DNA of 64,000 nt. Source: Octopus sinensis. Taxonomy: Eukaryota. This document shows, piece by piece, positions 55,488 to 64,000 of the stretch. The stretch is taken from NCBI RefSeq assembly GCF_006345805.1, contig NC_043003.1, positions 3,472,001-3,536,000 of the forward strand, read 5' to 3'. The notes under the pieces are model-generated. The model was not told the origin of the DNA and did not search any database. It worked only from the letters and a program-made list of their open reading frames with translations. The position numbers and the translations under genes were made by a program. The first letter of the stretch is position 1. Each line of letters starts with the position of its first letter.

Positions 55488-57811
55488 ATACATATATATA
55501 CGACGGGCTTCTTTCAGTTTCCATCTACCAAATCCACTCACAAGGCTTTGGTCAGCCCGGGCTATAGTAGAAGACACTTACCCAAGGTGCCACGCAGTGG
55601 GACTGAACCCGGAACCATGTGGTTGGTAAACAAGCTACTTACCACACAGCCACTCCTGCGCCTAATATATATTTTAAGTTTAAGAGCATCTAGATAAATG
55701 CGCGCACACACACACACACTCACACAGAGGATGGTGTAAGATGGGTATTGTTACAGGGTATATATTTGTATATGAAATATAAATTTGGCTTTGATTTAAA
55801 AACAAAACACATCCACTTAAATTTACTGTAAGAGTAGAATTATAAAAAAAATTTACCATTCTTGGTCAGGTGCCTATGTGTATATAGTAGTGATACTCAC
55901 ATTGTAACCTCTGAATATATACATAGGTATACAAATGTATACATATCTCACACTTTCCCCCCACCCCTTCTCTCTCTCTGTGGCGGGGCAATAGACATTA
56001 CTGTTGCCCAGGTGACCAAATTAGCAGTGGAGGAGGATGTTCTGAAAGCCTAGTTGCTAGAATAAGAACTGATTAGAGAAAGTTTGGAGAGCTATTACTT
56101 CTGTTGATAACAAAAGGTCTCCGTCTCACAGTAAAAGGTAGATTATACGATGCTGTGTGTGAACGGCAGTGATTGAGACAGGGTCCCTGAATGGGGTCGA
56201 GACACATGCAGGGGTTAGAAAGAAATGAAATGAATATGCTCCATTGGTTGGTGCAGCATCAGTGCACTTGCACAACAAAAGTGTGCTGAGAGAAAAAATT
56301 GGGCCTTTGCGGCATCAGATGTCGTGTGCAAGAGAGAAGACACTGCATTCCCTTCTTCCTCATCTCTAACCATTTGTCTCTCTCTCAAGAAATTACTCAC
56401 CAACCTTTCCCAATTCTCTCTTGTATTCACCTTCTGGTACGTTGAGGGAACGCACCCATTTCACCCCCGTCATCTGTTCTCCTTTTGCAGCTGGACCAGC
56501 CATGTCTATCCTCAACAGTAAGACACATGCCTGTTCCCGTCCCCCTATCATACTGTGGTCTCTCAATGCTTGGCACAAAGCCACCTCCCTCAATACTGCA
56601 TCCCCGCCCAGTCAAGGGGTCTTGTCTTGGGAGTTACTTGATGACTTCACAACCCCCCCCCCAGTACTTCCTGTAAAGGGGCTGACATTAGAAAGGGCAT
56701 CCAGCTGTAGAAAACATTCAAACCAAGAAGCGTGATCCACTCAAACTGTCCAACCCATGCCAGCTAGGGAGACGGGTGTTAAATGATAATGGTTATGTGT
56801 GTGTGTGTGTGTGTGTATTTCTTTACTACCCACAAGGGGCTAAACACAGAGGGGACAAATAAGGACATACGAATGGATTAAGTCGATTACATCTACCCCA
56901 GTGCGTAACTGGTACTTAATTTATCGACCCTGAAAGGATGAAAGGCAAAGTCGACCTCAGCGGAATTTGATCTCAGAATGTAAAGACAGACGAAATGCCA
57001 CTAAGCATTTTGCCCGGCTTGCTAACGATTCTGCCAGTTCACCGCCGTGTGTGTCTATACATACACACACACACACAATGTAAACATAAATATATATATA
57101 AACATAAACATATGTAATATGTATATATACATATATACATACATATACATCTATAAACATACATACATATACATCTATATACATACATACATACATATAC
57201 ATCTATATACATTTAGGAATTTGTGCTGCGAGATTCCTGATGTGAAACTGTGTGTTCAAACAGATCTTGTTATATTTCAGGATGGTCTTCTTTTTCTCCT
57301 TTTCGCCAAATAAACACACGAACGATATATTCGTTCTTCACTCGTTTACTTGTTTATTACTCTTCTTATTTTAACTGATATCCATTGTATCCGGAAATCT
57401 TGGACCTCTTCAGCGACACTTTCCATCCTCTTGGACTAAGCAGAGCAAGTGCACACACGAGGATGGAAGGTATCGCTGAAGAGGTCACAGATGTGTGACA
57501 AAAGATTTCCGGACAATGGACATGAATTAGGATAAGAACAGTAATAAACGAGTGAAGAACAAATATATAATGCGAATATAAAACTGACCATCCTGAAATA
57601 CAACTACATATATATACAATTGTATGTGTTTCTTTCCCAAAGTATTTCACGTACTTCTTTATTTCTAATTAGACATTTTCATAATTTCATTTATCAAAAT
57701 AAATTCTTCAGTTCTCCTCCTTGAACTTTTCAACAAAAGCCTATATTTAATTTGATGTTGAGACTGTTTGGTCTTCATATTGTTGCTCTCTTATAGAATG
57801 CATGCCAGTTC

Positions 57812-57868
<57 letters not shown>

Positions 57869-57893
57869 TATATATATATATATATATAAGAGC

Positions 57894-58011
57894 GATGACC
57901 ACTAAGTGGACATCCATTATGCTAGAGGTACACCCCATATGGTCTGACCATAGTGATCAAACCATATGGGGGTCTACCTCTAGCATAATGGATGTCCACT
58001 TAGTGGTCATC
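57894..58011. repeat. Near-perfect 118-bp palindrome
   Basis: gatgaccactaagtggacatccattatgctagaggta... is mirrored by ...tacctctagcataatggatgtccacttagtggtcatc. Confidence 0.92.
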
Positions 58012-59394
58012 CCCCCTTATATGCAATATAATTTTTCTGAATCTTCAGATTTTTCTATATGCTACGCCACTGGTTTTAAATTGATATTAATCAAATTAAT
58101 ATTCAATTTTTCACCCTTATTATTTAAATTTATATATATATAATATTTATTTGTAGTATATTCAACCAGCAAACATGCTAACAAGCCTTTCACACAGATA
58201 TTAATGTGGTTTGCGTTTGGCTGAATGTCTGTAGATCAGATTCTTTTCATTGTATCAACTGCTGGCCGTGAACTGGAGCTGTCAAAGTTAACAGGAGAGG
58301 TCGTCATTGTGGTGGTGGTGGTGGTGAGTGAGATCGTGTGACAATCACTACATGTCAGCTACTGGGGCTGCAACTTGAGCTCAACCTGCAAAAAATAGCA
58401 GCCAAATCTCAAATCACATGTTACTGTCCTAAAAAGAGGGACAGTTTGGACAATGCAATCCCTAATATACAAAGATATGGCCGGAGCACTTTAGGTGATT
58501 GGTTTACTGTATTAAAAATGCCAGGGGTTGAAGCAATAAAAGCAGAGGGTCCAGCTGTGGAGATTAGTACAGGTGTGGCTAATAAGGGAGATAAGGACAG
58601 GTGTAAATGTTGGTCTCAAATGTTGGCACAAGGCCAGCAATTTTAGGGGAGGGGTAAGCTAGTTACATTGACCCCACTGTTCAACTGGTACTTATTTTAT
58701 TGACCCCAAAAAGGATAAGAGGCAAAGTTAACTTCAGTGGAATTTGAAGTACATTGCTCAGCATGCTAACGATTCTACTGGCTTATCACCTGACAGGTGT
58801 GAATATTGAGACAGAGTAGTACAGGTGTGGTTTGTAAAGGAGTTAAGGATAGGTTTCATAAAGAGCCACCACTCCTCTCATACACTGGATCTCATATGAG
58901 ACTTGTTTTGGTTTGGTTTCTATAACTTACTGCAGGGAAGGCATGGTAGGAGTGGTGTTTTCTCTTGTGACATCAGTATAGGTGTGTGGAGTACTTTGTT
59001 CAAATCTGCATAGAGAGTACCTCAGTAATGGGAAACATACTTTTACTGAGATTCTTTGATTGAAGATTGGTGGGGAAGGGGAGTGGGGTGAGGTGGGGGT
59101 AGGGGTGAGTGAAAGGGGTAAGGGTTGGATGGTAGAGACGAGAGTCATTAAGGGGGGGAGATGCAAAGGGAATGTTGGGTAACTGCAGAAGTGAACGTAG
59201 CAAAAGCAAGGGGTAGGGAGTACCGAAAATGTTGGTGTAATATCAAACCCCCAAAGTCAAAAACTTGGTAGAAATCCTCATTTGGTGGATGCCGCTGATG
59301 GTGGTGGTGGTGGTGGTAGTCATGGAGACATGATACTGAAAGAAGATGATATTTTGTGAAGATTATAAATGCGAGAAGAGTATCTGGAACTCAC

Positions 59395-59470
59395 ATGAGT
59401 AACATCATTAAAGTTGCCATGTCCCAGACAACCATTGGCACCACTTCCCAGAGTCATTAGAATCCTCGAT
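59395..59470 (-). CDS. NEK8: NEK8-like coding exon with apparent 1-nt deletion
   Basis: 76 nt, ag/gt flanked. Encodes (D)R[G]ILMTLGSGANGCLGHGNFNDVTH (NEK8: DRGIIMTFGSGSNGCLGHG). 77 nt are needed to keep frame. Confidence 0.85.
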
Positions 59471-59560
59471 CTGTAAAAGACAATTGATGATGACAATGAT
59501 GATGATGATGATGATAATAATAATAACAATAACAATAATAATAATAATGATAATAATAAA

Positions 59561-60281
59561 TGATTTAGAGCCTCCGTTTCTGGTTTTTTCTTTTAAACCG
59601 GAAATGGAGGCTCTAATCTGTGCTGTCCAAGAGCAAACACTAAGAACAAACTGCATAAAATACAGAATAGACAACACAGCAGAAAGTGATAAGTGCAGAA
59701 TCTTTGGGCAAAACGGTGAAACCGTATGGCATATTACCAGCCGATGTAGCCACTAGCCCAGAAGGAATATAAGAGAAGCCACAACAATATAGCCAGGCTT
59801 GTCCATTGGACACTTTGCAACAAGTATGGACTTGACAGAGGAAAAGATTGGTACGACCACAAACCCGAATGCATCGTCGAAAATAGAAATGCAAAGATCC
59901 TGTGGGATTTTATGATTCAGTGCGACCATGAGATAGAGAATAGGAAGCCAGGCATAGTCTTAATTGAGAAAGAAAACAAACTATGCTTGATCATAGACAT
60001 AGCAAGCCCAGCTGACAACAAGGTATGCGATACGGAAGAAAGAAAAGTCGAGAGATATGACAGGTTAGCTTGGGAGGTTAAGCAGTTGTAGTCGATGAAA
60101 AAGGTAGCAGTAGTACCAATAATTGTTGGAGCCCTGGGAACAGTGAGCAAAAATCTCAAGAAGTACGTGTGGAACAAGTAGGGCCTGCAATAAGGGTGGA
60201 GCACTTGCAGAAAACAGCACTGCTTGGAACCGCTCGAAATCTCCGGAAGGTGCTCGAAAAATAAGAGGTGTTACCTTAGTT
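59561..60281 (+). mobile_element. R4/Dong-clade non-LTR retrotransposon 3' fragment (RLE endonuclease)
   Basis: EALICAVQEQTLRTN, a degenerate CCHC (CRIFGQNGETVWHITSRC), HNNIARLVHW, ILWDF, RKPGIVLI...IIDIASP, VPIIVGALG and LQKTALLGTA; adjacent to (TAA)n. Confidence 0.9.
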
Positions 60282-60626
60282 TCTCAATACCTGGCATAAA
60301 TCCTCCTCTTTTTCCTTAATAACCCCCTTCTCACTTAGTCACAGGGTTTTCCCCCTTTTCTGTCTTGTGGTTTGCCTGGCAACCTTACTAGTGTCAGCGC
60401 CACAAAAAAAGGGCAAACTGTAAAGAGATTGGTGTTAAGAAGGGCATCCAGCTGGAGAAACCCCGTCAAAGATGAAACTGGGGTTAGGTGCAGCCTTGCA
60501 GTTTGCCAGATCCAGTCAAATTGTTCAGCCCAGACCAGCAAGGAAGACAAATGTTATAGGATGATGACAACGATGATGATGATGACAACGATGATGATGA
60601 TGATGATGATGATATAATGAACTAAC

Positions 60627-60771
60627 CTGTCAAACAGGCAGCAAAAAGATCTCCGCAAGAAACATGTTGAATTGTGACGGCCGCTTGACCTTCCAGGTAT
60701 CTTGGTATAAAAGCAGGGCTAGAATTCTCTACAGTTCCAGGTAAGACACTGTCAGTTGTAATTCCTGTACT
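60627..60771 (-). CDS. NEK8: NEK8-like coding exon
   Basis: 145 nt, ag/gt flanked, phase 0 to 1. Translates STGITTDSVLPGTVENSSPAFIPRYLEGQAAVTIQHVSCGDLFAACLT (NEK8: FISRFLEGQSGVTIKHVACGDFFTACLT). Not in the ORF track; translated by hand. Confidence 0.9.
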
Positions 60772-62530
60772 CTGAAAGTTGAAGAACAATGGACGGTGGT
60801 CTCATTGAAGATTAAAGATCTTTCACAATGTTTCACTCGAGACAGAAGGGAGAGACTGATATTTAGGTGACTTAATTAGTATTCAAAAATAACCAGTAAT
60901 TAGCTAGGGTCTGGTGAGTGGCATGCTTAGATAAGTATTGTCATATAAATAATAAAGCTGGGTGTTGAGGTCATCCCTATATATATATATTGCGTTAGCA
61001 TGATTATCTGGTGTCACTCTTAAAGGTGTGTCCTGCCAGCCATAAATAGTTTGTTCATGTGTAGACATTACTCAATGATATTGTATTTGGCAAGACTCTA
61101 TGTTTCAGCAATTAAATGACTGCTCCCTTTGTTCTCCGCTTGATTATAATGTGTTTGTGTGTGTGTGTGTGTGTACGTATACATGATGCACACAGTTTTG
61201 GTGTAGACGCAAGGTCTTGATAATGAGAACATTACTATCACAGGTTCAAAAGTCTTTCCTTGAGCCATTGGTTCATACGGCCATTTTCCCGGATTCTGTG
61301 ACATACATATTCCCCTTACCCTGTACAGGACACCATCACAGGATTACTCCCTGTTGCCAGCTGAGTGGACTGGAGCTATGTGAAATGAAGAGTTTTGCTC
61401 AAGAACATAACATGTTGCCCAGTCCAGGAATCGAACCCGCAATCTTACGATCATGAGTCCAACGCCCTAACCACTGGGCCATGTGCTTCCACTATTGTTA
61501 GTACAATATAGTATTGTACATGCACATCAGGATATCAGTATGGCAGAGTATTCGCTCTGGTATAGAATAGTATTAGAATGGTATAGTAGTCTGCTAGTAT
61601 AATAGAACACTGTGCTGGTGGCACGGGGAAAACCCTCAGTACACTCTGTAAAGTGGATGTCATTAGGAAGGGCATCTGGCCATAGAAACCAAGCCAAAGC
61701 CGACACAGGAACTCAATGTGGCCTTATGGCTCACCAGATCCTGTTGAACTGTCCGACCCATGCCAGCATAGAAGATAGACATCAAACGATGATGATGATG
61801 ATGATGATAAAATATTAGCATAGAAAGTGTGATTTATAAAAGGTTGTATAGTGAAGTTTAGAGAAAGGGTTTGATAGAAGAAGGTGGTGAGTTTCCACGA
61901 AAATCATAATTCAATTATTTAAAATATTAAGTTAAAAGTCGGGAAATTTTGGGGGAAAAGAAATTGTTCATTTTTAGTGTTTTAATTTTGTAGTTGATAA
62001 AGAAATCATTTTAGGGAGTGGTGATTAATGGAGATTTGTTAAGATTAATTACTTTCAAGTTTGAGTAAATAAACAACTTAATCTTTCAAGGTGTTTCCTT
62101 AAAGTATAGCAAGAATGGTGTTTGAAAATATATTGAATTCTAAGAAAATGATAAGGAGTGCAGGAGATTATGTAAGTGGGGGGTAAAAGTATTAGTGTTA
62201 ATAATGCTTTAAAATCTTGGCACAACGCCAGCAATTTTCGAGGGAGGGGGGCAAGTAGATTACATTGACCTCAGTGCTCAGCTGGTATTTATGTTATTGA
62301 CCCCGAGAGATTGGAAGGCAAAGTTGACCTTGGCAGAATTTGAACTCAGAACATAAAGATGGTTGAAATGCCGCTAAGCATTTGGCACAATATGCTAAGC
62401 ATTCTGGCAGCTCACTGGCTTTGTTAGTGTTAATAATAATAATAATGGTAATAATGAAATGTCAGCAGGCTGTTGACATTGAGAAACTATCAGCTATAAT
62501 ACCATGCCAAATGTTTATAATAAACCTTAC

Positions 62531-62680
62531 CTCCCAAACAAATAATCGACCACTTTTAGTGACAGCGGCTTTCTGGGTTCTTCCTGCTGCCACTTGAATG
62601 ACTTGGGTGTCACAACTTGGCAGAGTTAATTTCAGTGGTTGTGGAATGCCACCTCCCCAACAATACACACAGCTTGCAGC
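62531..62680 (-). CDS. NEK8: NEK8-like kinase, RCC1-region coding exon (first visible in window)
   Basis: Translates AASCVYCWGGGIPQPLKLTLPSCDTQVIQVAAGRTQKAAVTKSGRLFVWE, closely resembling vertebrate NEK8 (VYAWGGG...VVQVAAGRTQKAGVTRSGRLILWE, from memory). GT donor at 62530-62529. The acceptor AG at 62682-62681 is uncertain because another AG lies 11 nt upstream. Confidence 0.88.
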
Positions 62681-62911
62681 CTGAGATTTCTCTGAGAGAG
62701 TATCTTAATAAACAAACAAACAACTACAACAATCACAAAATATTCAATGTGTCTTTTGACAAATCTATTTTTCAGTTTATTAAAAAAATATTTCTAGAGC
62801 AACAATCCCATATCTTCCTGGCCTTTACAGTTGAATCGAAGGAAATTGAACAATGGTCAATGTTCAGAAAAGTACGAAGTAGAAAAGGTTTGTTGACTGA
62901 AGAGTGGCTAT

Positions 62912-63313
62912 AGGCGCAGGAGTGGCTGTGTGGTAAGTAGCTTGCTAACCAACCACACGGTTCCGGGCTCAGTCCCACTGCATGGCACCTTGGGCAAGTG
63001 TCTTCTGCTATAGCCCCGGGCCGACCAATGCCTTGTGAGTGGATTTGGTAGACGGAAACTGAAAGAAGCCTGTCGTATATATGTATATATATATATGTGT
63101 GTGTATGTGTTTGTGTATCTGTGTTTGTCCCCCTAGCATTGCTTGACAACCGATGCTGGTGTGTTTACGTCCCCGTCACTTAGCGGTTCGGCAAAAGAGA
63201 CTGATAGAATAAGTACTGGGCTTACAAAGAATAAGTCCCGGGGTCGATTTGCTCGACTAAAAGGCGGTGCTCCAGCATGGCCGCAGTCAAATGACTGAAA
63301 CAAGTAAAAGAGT
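62912..63313 (+). mobile_element. SINE family A, full length, in a NEK8 intron
   Basis: Near-identical to 22980-23396. Confidence 0.88.
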
Positions 63314-64000
63314 AACTTAGTTTGATGTCAGGAAGAGAAAATATTTAAGATTAAGGACAGAGTCTTTTGTCAGAGCAAGATAGGAACTCGACTTCCTGTA
63401 TCCCTGACACAACCTTCAAATGTCCGGTTCCAGCAACAGGGTTCTCTCTACTCACTGCAGCTGGAGCATTTTTAATAATTGGATCTCAACATAAGAATAA
63501 CAATGCAAACCTTCCCACGACCAGTCTTGAATAAAACCATTTCATTACTTGTTCTTCGTCTATTCTTCTTCTTAATTGCCAGGATAGCATTAGATAAGTT
63601 GATTGTAATAAATGCAACAATATTGTAAAAATAGATTTATGAAGTTGGGCCTTTATTCAACCCTGGAAAACATCAATACATCTATTTCCTCTCCATTAAC
63701 AATCATTCTGTTAGTGCCCCAGATGAATTGAAATACAGGGAACCAGGGCTTTTATTTCAACAACAACAACAACACAAACAACCTTTAATTGACTCACAAC
63801 GACGAGTGACAACTCTTGATATTCAATAAGGCGATGGTGGTGGTGGTGGTGGTGCTGTGTGTGGTGGTGGTGGCTTTCTTTAGCAATCCTTAGAAATGGT
63901 TGATTGTTTTTAATGATCTAAACATCTTCCAAATATTTATCCTGGCTGATATCACTATTGATGTAACAACACAGTGCGATCAGACAGACAGGCACACACA

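Overview
Eukaryotic, AT-rich, repeat-dense genomic window. The microsatellite, SINE and LINE content looks like a coleoid cephalopod, most likely Octopus (inference from repeat style, not a database result). The only well-supported host gene is on the minus strand: eight coding exons (62680 down to 43232) for the C-terminal RCC1-repeat region of a NEK8-type NIMA kinase. Its kinase exons presumably lie beyond the right edge, and one exon (59395-59470) is 1 nt short of frame. The rest is intron or intergenic DNA holding a mariner (DD34D) relic, a maT-like (DD37D) relic, RTE, CR1 and R4/Dong-clade LINE fragments, two Penelope-like GIY-YIG fragments, a Helitron-like element, at least three tRNA-derived SINE families, mini- and microsatellites and long palindromes. 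Two observations stand out. First, several distinct families of hammerhead-ribozyme-bearing elements occur in direct or inverted repeats, including one intact minimal hammerhead inside a 567-bp retrozyme-like unit. Second, the 3' region of the dominant RTE LINE family carries a tandemly amplified, compact H-type pseudoknot-like module. All RNA structures were paired by eye and not computed.
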